Origin: Candidatus Latescibacterota bacterium
GTDB taxonomy: Bacteria > Latescibacterota > UBA2968 > UBA8231
DNA length: 64,000 bases
NCBI GenBank assembly: GCA_965203355.1
Contig: OZ241889.1
Coordinates: forward strand, 2,688,001 to 2,752,000
Direction: 5' to 3'
Shown: positions 1-9,157 of the stretch, piece after piece
Position numbering within the stretch: the stretch's first letter is position 1
How the letters are laid out: each line of letters opens with the position of its first letter
Position numbers and translations under genes: made by a program
The notes under the pieces: model-generated
What the model was told of the DNA's origin: nothing
Seen by the model: only the letters and a program-made list of their open reading frames with translations
The model's database searches: none

Positions 1-534
1 CGCGACGCCGGGGGCGCGCGAATGATCGAGCTTTTCCAGCAGTTGAGTAGCGCGACGATGGACGAGGATCACTACCGCCGCTTGCTCTACCGCCAAGCCG
101 TGCCCTTAGTGACCGACAAGCAGGTGGCCACGCATTTCAACTTGGGACTGGTCTATTTGCGTAGAAAGGAGTTGACAGCGGCGCTCGAACAATTCGAGGC
201 GGCCTTGGCCCTCGATTCCACGTACGCGGAGGCCAGCCACAACATCGGGGTGATCTATTCGCTGCAAGAGCAACACGCGGCGGCTCGGCCCTTTTTGCTG
301 CGCGCAGTTCGCCACAAGCCCGACTACGCGTTGGCCTTTGAAAACATAGGCAACAACAGCTTGGCCCTCGGCGAGTACGCGGAGGCGGTCGCCGCGTTTC
401 GCCGCGCCTTGGCCCTCGGCGGGAGCATGGTCTCGGCCCTCGAGGGCTTGGGAACCGCGCTAATCCAGCAGGGGCACACAGCAGAAGGCCGCGCGGTTCG
501 CGCTGAGGCCGCAGCCTTGAGGGCACGACAATAA
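1..534 (+). CDS. TPR-repeat protein (5' end probably outside the window)
   Basis: Tandem TPR motifs (HFNLGLVY, ASHNIGVIY, AFENIGNN). The frame is open from base 1, so the ORF-track ATG at 22 may be internal. Confidence 0.85.
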   Translation, partial: RDAGGARMIELFQQLSSATMDEDHYRRLLYRQAVPLVTDKQVATHFNLGLVYLRRKELTAALEQFEAALALDSTYAEASHNIGVIYSLQEQHAAARPFLLRAVRHKPDYALAFENIGNNSLALGEYAEAVAAFRRALALGGSMVSALEGLGTALIQQGHTAEGRAVRAEAAALRARQ

Positions 535-2226
535 ATGTGGTTTGTGCTAGTGGCTATTGGGGCGTTGGCAGGGTGCGGGGGCGAAGCGGCCCAGCCTAGT
601 TTCGTCGATGTAGCCACCGAAGCGGGGGTCCAATTGCGCACCGTATCTGGGACCCCGCAAAAAGAGCACATCATCGAATGCAACACGGGCGGGACGGCCC
701 TTTTAGACTACGATCTAGACGGCGACGTGGATATTTTTATCGTCAACGGCTCGCGCATCACCGGATACGCCCCGGGCCGAGAACCTCGCGCTGAGCTGTA
801 CCGCAACGACAGTGCTTGGCGCTTTACGGGCGTGGGGCGAGAGGCTGGTGTCGCGCACGTGGGTTGGGGGATGGGGGCCACGGCGGTCGACTACAATGCC
901 GACGGATGGCCCGATCTGTACTTGGCCAACTACGGCCCCAATGCCCTGTACGAAAACAAAGGCACTGGCGCGTTTGTCAATGTGGCGGCCGAGCGGGGCG
1001 TGGACTTTGACGGCTGGAGCTCGTCTGCGGCCTTTGGCGACTACGATCTAGACGGCGACTTGGACTTTTACTTGGCTAATTACATCGACTTTGATCCGGC
1101 GTTTCGCCCGGCGGATCCAAGCTATTGCACTTGGCGCGGGATAGACGTATTCTGCGGCCCGCGCGGGATGCCGGGGGAGCGGGATCTGTTCTATCGCAAC
1201 GAAGGCCCCAGCGCAGGTTGGACCTTTGCCGAGGCGAGTGCGGCGTTTGGCATCGCCGACTACGAGTACTATGGTTTTGCCGCGCTGGCTGGCGATTGGG
1301 ACGAGGACGGCGACTTGGACATTTACATTGCCAATGATTCAACGCCGAATGTGCTCTACCGCAACGACCGAGGCGCGTTTGCGGACGTGTCGCTGCTGTC
1401 GGCGACCGCGTACAGCGAGGACGGCCGCGAACAGGGCGGCATGGGCTTGGCGAGCGGCGACTACGATCGAGACGGCGACTTCGACCTCTTCGTTACCAAT
1501 TTCTCGCACGACAACAACTCGCTCTACGACAACAATGGCCGGGGGTTTTTCACCGACGCGAGTTTCAGCTCGGCGCTGGGCCGTGCGAGCATCAGCTCTT
1601 TGGGATGGGGCGCGGGTTTTTTCGATTGCGACAACGACGGCGACGACGACCTATTCGTCGCCAATGGCCACGTGTACCCGGCCGTCGACCACCGCGACTT
1701 AGGAACCCGCTACGCCCAGCGCAACCATCTGTTTGAAAATCGCGACGGCGCATTTGTCGAAGTGGGTGTAGCCTCGGGGCCGGGCCTCGCCGTGGAAAAG
1801 TCGAGCCGGGGCGCGGCCTTCGGCGATTTGGACAACGATGGCGACTTGGACCTTGTGATAGTCAATATCGACGACACGCCAACGGTCCTGCGCAACGACG
1901 GGGGCAATCGCCACAACTATCTAATGGTGAGGTTGCGCGGCGCGGGCGGGAATACTGAGGCCATTGGTGCGCGGGTTTCGGTTTCGGTGGGTGGTGCGGT
2001 GCAGATGCGGGAGGTGCGTGCGGGCACGGGCTATCTGTCGCAGGACGACCTACGGCTGCATTTCGGCTTGGGAGCGGCGACGGCGGCCGATCACCTCGTG
2101 GTGCGCTGGCCCGATGGCGTGGAAGAGCGCCTCGACCGGGTGGAGGGCAATAGGCTGATCACCATCCAGCGCGGCGCGGGCCTCGTCGCCGAGGGATTTG
2201 GACCCGGGCCGAGGCTGAGGCCGTGA
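535..2226 (+). CDS. CRTAC1/ASPIC-UnbV family FG-GAP repeat lipoprotein
   Basis: Lipobox ALAGC. Repeated DYDxDGDxD FG-GAP/VCBS motifs. C-terminal AIGARV...GYLSQDDLRLHFGLG...VRWPDG ASPIC/UnbV domain. Confidence 0.92.
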   Translation: MWFVLVAIGALAGCGGEAAQPSFVDVATEAGVQLRTVSGTPQKEHIIECNTGGTALLDYDLDGDVDIFIVNGSRITGYAPGREPRAELYRNDSAWRFTGVGREAGVAHVGWGMGATAVDYNADGWPDLYLANYGPNALYENKGTGAFVNVAAERGVDFDGWSSSAAFGDYDLDGDLDFYLANYIDFDPAFRPADPSYCTWRGIDVFCGPRGMPGERDLFYRNEGPSAGWTFAEASAAFGIADYEYYGFAALAGDWDEDGDLDIYIANDSTPNVLYRNDRGAFADVSLLSATAYSEDGREQGGMGLASGDYDRDGDFDLFVTNFSHDNNSLYDNNGRGFFTDASFSSALGRASISSLGWGAGFFDCDNDGDDDLFVANGHVYPAVDHRDLGTRYAQRNHLFENRDGAFVEVGVASGPGLAVEKSSRGAAFGDLDNDGDLDLVIVNIDDTPTVLRNDGGNRHNYLMVRLRGAGGNTEAIGARVSVSVGGAVQMREVRAGTGYLSQDDLRLHFGLGAATAADHLVVRWPDGVEERLDRVEGNRLITIQRGAGLVAEGFGPGPRLRP

Positions 2227-3860
2227 AGGTGCGCTACGGAATGGTCCTGCTGCTTTGTTGCAGTGCGGCGGCCGAATCGCGCTTTGTCGATATCGCGCAA
2301 TCGGCCGGGGTTGATTTCGTTCACCGCAGCGGTGCGACCGGCGCGCGCTATTTGCCCGAGACCTACGGCTCTGGGGCTGCGTTCTTGGATTTCGATGGCG
2401 ATGGTGCGCTCGACCTCTACTTGGTCAACGCCGGACGATTACCTCAGTTATCAAGCGAGCCTGAAGCGGCCAACGCGCTTTTTTACAACGATGGTGCGGG
2501 CCGCTTCTCAGAGCAGACAGCGCGGGCTGGCGTCGGCGATCGAGGCTACGGCATGGGGGCTACTGTGGGCGACTACGACAACGATGGCTGGGCCGACCTC
2601 TACGTTACTAATTTTGGCCCCAACGTGCTCTTCCACAATCGCGGGCTGGGGCGTTTTGCCGATGTTACGGCTACAGCCGATGTGGGTTGCCCGGGATGGG
2701 GGACGAGCGCGGCCTTTGCCGACGTGGATCTCGACGGAGATTTGGATCTATTCGTCGGCAACTACCTCGACTACCCGACCGCCGATCCGCTCGTGTGCCG
2801 TATCGGCAACAGCGAGGAGCGGCTCTACTGCGACCCGCGCAAGTTCGATGGTCAGGTCGATCGGCTCTATATCAACGAGGGCCACGCGGGCGGCTGGGTT
2901 TTTGCCGACCGCACGGTGGCCTTCGGCCTCGCCAGCACGGCCGGAAAGGAACTGGGGGTCGTCTTTGGCGACTACGATCAAGACGGCGATCCCGATCTGT
3001 ACTTGGCCAACGATCTCGTGTCCAACATGCTTTACCGCAACGATGGCACGCGCTTTGTCGATCGCGGGCTTGCCAGCGGCACCAGCCTCAACGGTGCTGG
3101 GGTCGCTGAGGCTGGGATGGGCGTTGACATGGCCGATGCAGACGGCGACGGCGACGCGGATTTGTTCGTGACCAACTTCCAGTGGGAGAGCAATACCCTG
3201 TACAGCAACTTGGGTGGGGGGTTCTTTGCCGACGCTACCGTGGCGTCGGGCATCACGCGCGCTAGCATGGCCTTTCTCGGGTTTGGCACGGGATTTTTCG
3301 ACGGCGACAACGACGGCGATCTCGACCTATTCGTCGCCAATGGCCACGTGTACGACAACGTGGAAAAGGTCGATCGCGCGGCCGCGTACGCCCAGCGCAA
3401 TCAACTGCTTGAAAATGTCGGCGCAGGTATCTTTGTCGATCGTCGGGACTACGGCCCGGGCCTTGCGCTGGTACAGGTCAGTCGCGGGGCTGCGTTCGGG
3501 GACATCGACAGCGATGGCGACTTAGATATTGTGGTGAACAACTCCAACGACCGGCCAGCCCTGTTGCGCAACGACGCCAGTGGCGGTGGATGGTTGGGGT
3601 TTAGGCTGCGGGGCGCGGCGAGCAATCGCGATGCCATTGGGGCGCGGATCGCGCTGACGACCGATGGCCGCACGCTCGTGCGCGAGGTGCGCCGCAACGC
3701 GAGCTACCTGTCGTCGAGCGATCCCCGCGTGTTCTTTGGCCTTGGGAACGCCGAGGTCGCCGAGCGGGTTGAGATTCGCTGGCCATCCGGTTTTGTCCAA
3801 GTCGTCGAGGACCTGCCCGGGCGGCAATACGTGGACCTAGAGGAGGGTACCAGTCGATGA
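2223..3860 (+). CDS. CRTAC1/ASPIC-UnbV family protein, paralog 2
   Basis: Signal peptide, DxDxDGDLD repeats, SYLSSSDPRVFFGLG...IRWPSG. GTGA overlap with the upstream gene. Confidence 0.92.
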   Translation: MKVRYGMVLLLCCSAAAESRFVDIAQSAGVDFVHRSGATGARYLPETYGSGAAFLDFDGDGALDLYLVNAGRLPQLSSEPEAANALFYNDGAGRFSEQTARAGVGDRGYGMGATVGDYDNDGWADLYVTNFGPNVLFHNRGLGRFADVTATADVGCPGWGTSAAFADVDLDGDLDLFVGNYLDYPTADPLVCRIGNSEERLYCDPRKFDGQVDRLYINEGHAGGWVFADRTVAFGLASTAGKELGVVFGDYDQDGDPDLYLANDLVSNMLYRNDGTRFVDRGLASGTSLNGAGVAEAGMGVDMADADGDGDADLFVTNFQWESNTLYSNLGGGFFADATVASGITRASMAFLGFGTGFFDGDNDGDLDLFVANGHVYDNVEKVDRAAAYAQRNQLLENVGAGIFVDRRDYGPGLALVQVSRGAAFGDIDSDGDLDIVVNNSNDRPALLRNDASGGGWLGFRLRGAASNRDAIGARIALTTDGRTLVREVRRNASYLSSSDPRVFFGLGNAEVAERVEIRWPSGFVQVVEDLPGRQYVDLEEGTSR

Positions 3861-5245
3861 TTAAATGGGTTTCATTCGCCCTGGGCGTCGCGCTGGCAAC
3901 AGGCTGCGAGACCAAACCGGAAGCCCCGCCCCCTCAGCCGGTAGTGCAATCGCCTTTGGTTGAGGATCCGCTGCTGATCGGGCGCACCCTGTTGCGACAG
4001 AAGCGGTACGCGGACGCGCTGGCGGTGTACGGAGAGGCGCGGAAGCACCATCCGCAGTCGGGTGAGGTGCTGGCCACGCTGGGCCGAATCCACTTGGCTT
4101 TGGGCCAGCCCGAAGAAGCGGTCCAATTCTACGAAATGGCCGTGGCCCTGGAATCCGAGCAGCCTGAATGGCTCGTCGCCTTGGGCAATGTGCAGCTGAA
4201 ACTGAGCCGCTACGACGAAGCCCACGCCGCGTTTGCCGCGGCTTTGGCCTTGGACTCGACGTATGCGCCAGCGCGGCGCAACAAAGCGGCGGTGTACAGC
4301 AAGCAGGGGCGGTTGGGCGACGCGGTCCACGAATACGAGCGCGCCTTGGCGTTGCGGCCCGAACATCTCCACACCCGCTTCAACCTCGGGCTGGTGTACG
4401 CCAGTTTGGGCCGCTATGCCGATGCCAGCGAAACCCTGCAACAGGTCTTGGTGGCAACGCCGGAAAACGCGCGGGCGCTCTACGCGATGGGGGAGATCAA
4501 GCACCAAGAGGGCGATGACGAGGGGGCGGTCGAGTACTTTGAGCGCACGCTGGCCGCCGACACCACCTATGCGGAGGCCCATCTGCAACTGGGGCGGATC
4601 CAGATGAGCCAAAACGATCTGGCGGCGGCGGCTGAGCGCTTCCGCCGCGCCATTCTAATTGAACCCGGGCTGGCCGAGTCCTTCCGTCTGCTGGGCCAGA
4701 TTCACCTGCGGCAGGGCCGCGCGGCCGCCGGCGAAAAAGCGCTCGCCGCGTACGAAAAGGTCAAGCAGGTCGAGGGGGATATCCAGCGCTATCGCGAGCG
4801 GCTGCGCAGCGATCCAGACGACGCCGACGCCCATTACAGCTTGGGGTTTACGTACAACCGCTTGGGGTTTACCGGCGTGGCGCTGCCGCACTACGCCCAA
4901 GCCGTGCGAATCAATCCCAGCCACGTGCGGGCGCTGAACAACCTGGGCAACATCTACTTGCGCACCGGACATTTTGAGCAAGCGGCCGCGGCCTATCAGC
5001 AGATCATCGAACAAAACCCCGAACACGTGGCCGCCTTTGCCGCGCTCGGACAGGTCTATTTGAATCAGCAGCGCACCGATGAAGCCATTGCCATGCTCAA
5101 CCGCGCCCTCGCGCTCGACGAAAACTGGCTTGGTGCTCACCAAGCCTTAGCCGAAGCCTACAAGCGGCTGGGGCAAATTGCCAAAAGCGAAGAACACAAA
5201 CGCATGGCCGACGCCTTGCTTAGAAAGCAAAAAAATGATCAATAA
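3857..5245 (+). CDS. TPR-repeat lipoprotein
   Basis: Lipobox LATGC followed by about 10 TPR units. ATGA overlap with the upstream gene. Confidence 0.9.
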   Translation: MIKWVSFALGVALATGCETKPEAPPPQPVVQSPLVEDPLLIGRTLLRQKRYADALAVYGEARKHHPQSGEVLATLGRIHLALGQPEEAVQFYEMAVALESEQPEWLVALGNVQLKLSRYDEAHAAFAAALALDSTYAPARRNKAAVYSKQGRLGDAVHEYERALALRPEHLHTRFNLGLVYASLGRYADASETLQQVLVATPENARALYAMGEIKHQEGDDEGAVEYFERTLAADTTYAEAHLQLGRIQMSQNDLAAAAERFRRAILIEPGLAESFRLLGQIHLRQGRAAAGEKALAAYEKVKQVEGDIQRYRERLRSDPDDADAHYSLGFTYNRLGFTGVALPHYAQAVRINPSHVRALNNLGNIYLRTGHFEQAAAAYQQIIEQNPEHVAAFAALGQVYLNQQRTDEAIAMLNRALALDENWLGAHQALAEAYKRLGQIAKSEEHKRMADALLRKQKNDQ

Positions 5246-6983
5246 CGCGAGAAAATGGATAGGGCTTGCTGCCGGTGCCTTCCTTTTTGGTTGTGCGCAA
5301 GAGCCAGCGGCTCCGGTTGCCGAGGGAGGTGGTTTAGCGGTGCCTGATGCCGCTTTGGCCCAAGTCGGCGACGACCTAATTGACGACCGCGCATTCCGCC
5401 GCTACGAAGCCCGGATCCAATCGCAGCACCGATCTTTGGCCCAAGGCGTGGAAAAGCACCGCGAGCACCTGATGAGTTTGATCGACATCAAGCTCATGGT
5501 GCGCGAGGCGTACGTGCGAGGACTGGACAAAAACCCCGCATGGATCAAGGCTGTGGAACTCGCCCAACACAAGGCCATGATCGAAGCCTATCTGCGCGAG
5601 CAAGTCGGGCTGCAAATCGAGATTTCCGAAGACGAGTTGCGCGCCAATTTTGCCGTGCATCCAGCCCGCTACGCCGTGCGCGGGGCGCACATCCTGCTCG
5701 ACAGCCGCGCCCGCGCCGATTCCATCTACGCGGAGATCGCATCCGGCCGGGCTACTTTTGAGGACATGGCACGCCAGCACTCGCTGGACGAAAAGACAGC
5801 GGCCGATGGGGGTTGGTTTGCTTCGTACTATGCCTTTGACCGAGTCTCCGACCGAGTGTACGAGCGCGTGTTCTCGTTGGACGTAGGCGAGGTCAGCCCA
5901 CCCTTCCGCACGCCTCAAGGCTGGGAAATCGCCCAGGTCGTCGATAAGAAGTTGGTGCCTTTTGAAAAGTATCGCTCGGTGATCCAGCGGGCGACTTTTC
6001 TCGAAAAAATCGAGAACTTGCGCAGCGATCACATTGATAAGCTAGTCGTCGAGAGCGGCTTGCGCCCGGTGGGGGAGCAGGTGCGGCGTTTTGTCGCGGC
6101 TTGGAACCAACAGCCTGGTGCGCCACAGCTTGCGCCCGAGGAGTGGAACGCCTCGCTCTACGAGTACGATGGCGGCGTTATCACCGTGCAGCAGGGCAGC
6201 AACCTGTTGCACAATACGCGGTTGGGCCGCGCCCAAATCGACAGTGCCTTGCTCGACGACCGAATCCGCCGCCGTGGAGCACCCGACCTGCTGTTGGGCT
6301 TGGCGGCCGAGCGCGGAGGATACGCCGAGCGGCCCGAGGTGCAGGAGCAGGTGACGGCCGAAAAGGAGCGCTTGTTGCTACAAGGGCTGTGGGAAGATTT
6401 GCTCGAAGACGCCTTAGCGGTGAGCGACGAGGAAGCACGCGCCCACTACGAAGCGCATCCAGAGATGTACTGGGCACCAGAGGAAATTATCGTCCAAGAA
6501 ATCATGGTCGCCGACGAGTCGCTCGCCCAAGAGCTGCTGGAGCAAATTCGCGATGGGGCCGATATGGCCGCGCTGGCAACCAAGCATAGCATCCGCCGCG
6601 ATGCGGATGAAAATGGTGGCCTCTACGCGCTGCGTGCATTTGAAAAGATCGTTTACAAGGAGCTGATGGACGCGGCCATATCCGCGCCCGAAAGGGAGTT
6701 GCAAGGTCCGATTGAACTAGTCGATCCCTTGCCGGCTTCGCTGCGCGATCTTCAGCCTTTGGAACGGGCTTTTTCAATCTTCAAGGTCTTGCAGCACCGA
6801 CCCAAGCGAGTGCAAGAATACGAATTGAGCCAACAGAAGGCCCACTACTTGGCTCGTCAAGAAAAACAGCAGCGCGAATTGCGTACCCTCAACCTACAGT
6901 TGCGCGACAAATGGCGCGATGTATGGGGCATCAACGCGGCCGCGCTCGAAAAATACGCGCTGGCCAATGCGTCGCAAAAATAA
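5235..6983 (+). CDS. Parvulin/PpiC-type peptidyl-prolyl isomerase lipoprotein (PrsA/SurA-like, two rotamase domains)
   Basis: Start moved to ATG 5235 (MINNARKW...FLFGC lipobox). Rotamase motifs AHILL...FEDMARQHSLD...DGG...VSPPFRTPQGW and QEIMV...MAALATKHS. Confidence 0.85.
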   Translation: MINNARKWIGLAAGAFLFGCAQEPAAPVAEGGGLAVPDAALAQVGDDLIDDRAFRRYEARIQSQHRSLAQGVEKHREHLMSLIDIKLMVREAYVRGLDKNPAWIKAVELAQHKAMIEAYLREQVGLQIEISEDELRANFAVHPARYAVRGAHILLDSRARADSIYAEIASGRATFEDMARQHSLDEKTAADGGWFASYYAFDRVSDRVYERVFSLDVGEVSPPFRTPQGWEIAQVVDKKLVPFEKYRSVIQRATFLEKIENLRSDHIDKLVVESGLRPVGEQVRRFVAAWNQQPGAPQLAPEEWNASLYEYDGGVITVQQGSNLLHNTRLGRAQIDSALLDDRIRRRGAPDLLLGLAAERGGYAERPEVQEQVTAEKERLLLQGLWEDLLEDALAVSDEEARAHYEAHPEMYWAPEEIIVQEIMVADESLAQELLEQIRDGADMAALATKHSIRRDADENGGLYALRAFEKIVYKELMDAAISAPERELQGPIELVDPLPASLRDLQPLERAFSIFKVLQHRPKRVQEYELSQQKAHYLARQEKQQRELRTLNLQLRDKWRDVWGINAAALEKYALANASQK

Positions 6984-7040
6984 AACAGCACCGCTTGGGT
7001 AAATTTTTTATACTACCCTGATATATCGGGAGTAAAACCT

Positions 7041-9086
7041 ATGAAACGTCTATTGAATTTGTGGCTTTGGTTTCTCACCGCGGCATTAGCTACGGGCGCG
7101 GCAGCGGACATCGCCCTGTGGCAGCTCGGCGGCAGCGGCCTTGGCTGGGCCGCTAGCGACTCGGCGCAGGTAATGATCGACTTTACCGGAGCGAATAACT
7201 CGATCCAGCCAGTGCTGGTGAGTTCGGATACGACGGTCTTTCCCCTGCTCGAGAATTGGTCGCCGAAAAAGGATCCAGACGAGCTAGGTTTTGTCGATGG
7301 CGAGCGGCCCCGCGCTTGGAAGGGCTGCTGCGGCACCTCATCAACGGTTGACAACGCGCTCAACCTCATCGACGGCAATGGCAAGACGTACAATCCGGTG
7401 ACCAGCAACAGCATTAACAGCGAGTACTACACCATTGATTTGGGGGTGCCGTTGCCGTTGTTCGGCTTTGCTATGAGCACACCGGACAAGGGGTTTTATC
7501 GTTCGGATGGGACGCCGCTAGAAGAAGACGCCGTCCCGGCCTTTGAGGTGTCTATTGCCCCAGACACCAACAACGACGTGCTGAACACCGCCAACCCCAT
7601 CGGGGAGATCATCGTCGAGGCGCGTGAGAATGTGATCCCCAAGATAGCGGCGGATTTTCCCTTGCAATACGTGCGCTACGTGCGCTACAAGCGCAAGAAT
7701 TCAATCCTCGATGAAGCGACCAATCAGTCGGCCGGCCATTCGGGCACGGCGCGTAAAGGCACGGTGGCCGAGTTTTTCCTCTGGGGAGAGGGCATCCCCA
7801 AGCGGGCCACGTACAAGACCGTTATTTTTGATCTCGGCACCGTCGTCAACTTCGGTCGGCTGTTCTGGAAGGCCACGCCCATGCGCCTAGTCAACGGCGT
7901 GGCTGAGGAAGCCCCGGACGCCCATGTGCAGATAGAGGTCGAAGCGCGCACCGGGATAGACTCAAATCCAGACATCTACTACGAGTTCACGGACATGGGG
8001 ACGCGCGTCGCGGTCGATCAAGCCCGCTATCAGGGCGTGTTAAAAAATCAGAGTTCGGCCATTACCAATGCCGACGGGCTGGGCGGCACGCTTACCCTTT
8101 CCACGCGGCCCAAGCCGGGGCTGCGCGCTGGCATTGAGTACGACCAACAAAACTGGACGTTTTGGTCTTTTCCGACCACCGAGTCCGACCGACCTCTCAA
8201 CCTCAACCGGGGGTCGCATTTGCAGATCAAGGTAGTGCTGCACAGCGAGCGATTCGACGAGTTCGTGCGTCTCGATTCCCTGTGGATAGAGACCTCGCCG
8301 ATTCTGGCCAGCCGCGTCGTAGCTGAGGTGGCCGAACTCGGTCAGCCCAATCCAGTGCGCGGCGTGGCCGAGGTGTCTTTGGGCGAGATGACCGACTTCA
8401 CCTACGACATTAAGGCAGAATTTGCGGCAGATGAGCTGGGTTTTGACGCCCTGCGGATTAGGACGGGCAGCGCACAGACCGAGTTCAAAGGGCTGGAAAT
8501 GGACGGGGTTACAACCGAGCCGGCCGGAGTAGAGGTCGCGGATGGCGGCTTTGTCGTGGAGTTGCCGCAGCGCATAAGTCGCGCCTACAACCCGCGCTTG
8601 CGGGTTACTTTTGCCGCCGAGGTCTTCGACTTTGCGCGCACCTTTGAGGGCGAGGTTTTCAACACCGACCGGGCCGATTTGCCGCAGCCAGTCGAGGGTG
8701 GGGACGTCAGCGATGCGATCGGGACCAATAGCGTTCGGGTCTTGGCTGCGAGCGCGGCCAATCCGCAATTAGTACAAGACGTGCAGTTTTCCAGCGGCGT
8801 GATCACCCCCAATGGCGACGGGGTCAACGACGAGTTGGTCCTGTCCTACGCGCTCTTCGCGCTGCCGCAATCGGTGCCTGTACAGTTGCAAGTATTTTCG
8901 CTTGACGGTCGTCAGGTGGCGCAAATCCAGCGCGGCCAGCAAGGGTCTGGGCCTCAGCAATTACACTGGGATGGCCGCGACCAACGCGGCAAGACGCTGG
9001 CCCCGGGCCTGTATCTTTTGGGCGTCGGCATTGAAGCCGAAGACGCGGGCGATCTGCGGTTGAGGCCGGTCGGTATTGCATATTAA
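7041..9086 (+). CDS. Secreted protein with C-terminal FlgD-Ig / T9SS type B-like domain
   Basis: Signal peptide, discoidin-like LIDG...YYTIDLG segment, C-terminal VITPNGDGVND...WDGRD..G..LAPGLY...GIAY. Confidence 0.8.
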   Translation: MKRLLNLWLWFLTAALATGAAADIALWQLGGSGLGWAASDSAQVMIDFTGANNSIQPVLVSSDTTVFPLLENWSPKKDPDELGFVDGERPRAWKGCCGTSSTVDNALNLIDGNGKTYNPVTSNSINSEYYTIDLGVPLPLFGFAMSTPDKGFYRSDGTPLEEDAVPAFEVSIAPDTNNDVLNTANPIGEIIVEARENVIPKIAADFPLQYVRYVRYKRKNSILDEATNQSAGHSGTARKGTVAEFFLWGEGIPKRATYKTVIFDLGTVVNFGRLFWKATPMRLVNGVAEEAPDAHVQIEVEARTGIDSNPDIYYEFTDMGTRVAVDQARYQGVLKNQSSAITNADGLGGTLTLSTRPKPGLRAGIEYDQQNWTFWSFPTTESDRPLNLNRGSHLQIKVVLHSERFDEFVRLDSLWIETSPILASRVVAEVAELGQPNPVRGVAEVSLGEMTDFTYDIKAEFAADELGFDALRIRTGSAQTEFKGLEMDGVTTEPAGVEVADGGFVVELPQRISRAYNPRLRVTFAAEVFDFARTFEGEVFNTDRADLPQPVEGGDVSDAIGTNSVRVLAASAANPQLVQDVQFSSGVITPNGDGVNDELVLSYALFALPQSVPVQLQVFSLDGRQVAQIQRGQQGSGPQQLHWDGRDQRGKTLAPGLYLLGVGIEAEDAGDLRLRPVGIAY

Positions 9087-9157
9087 ACCGAGTGCTCAGG
9101 CGGCACTGTTCAACCGTTAAACATTGGCTTGCCAAAGCGAGGAGAAGAAACCCTATC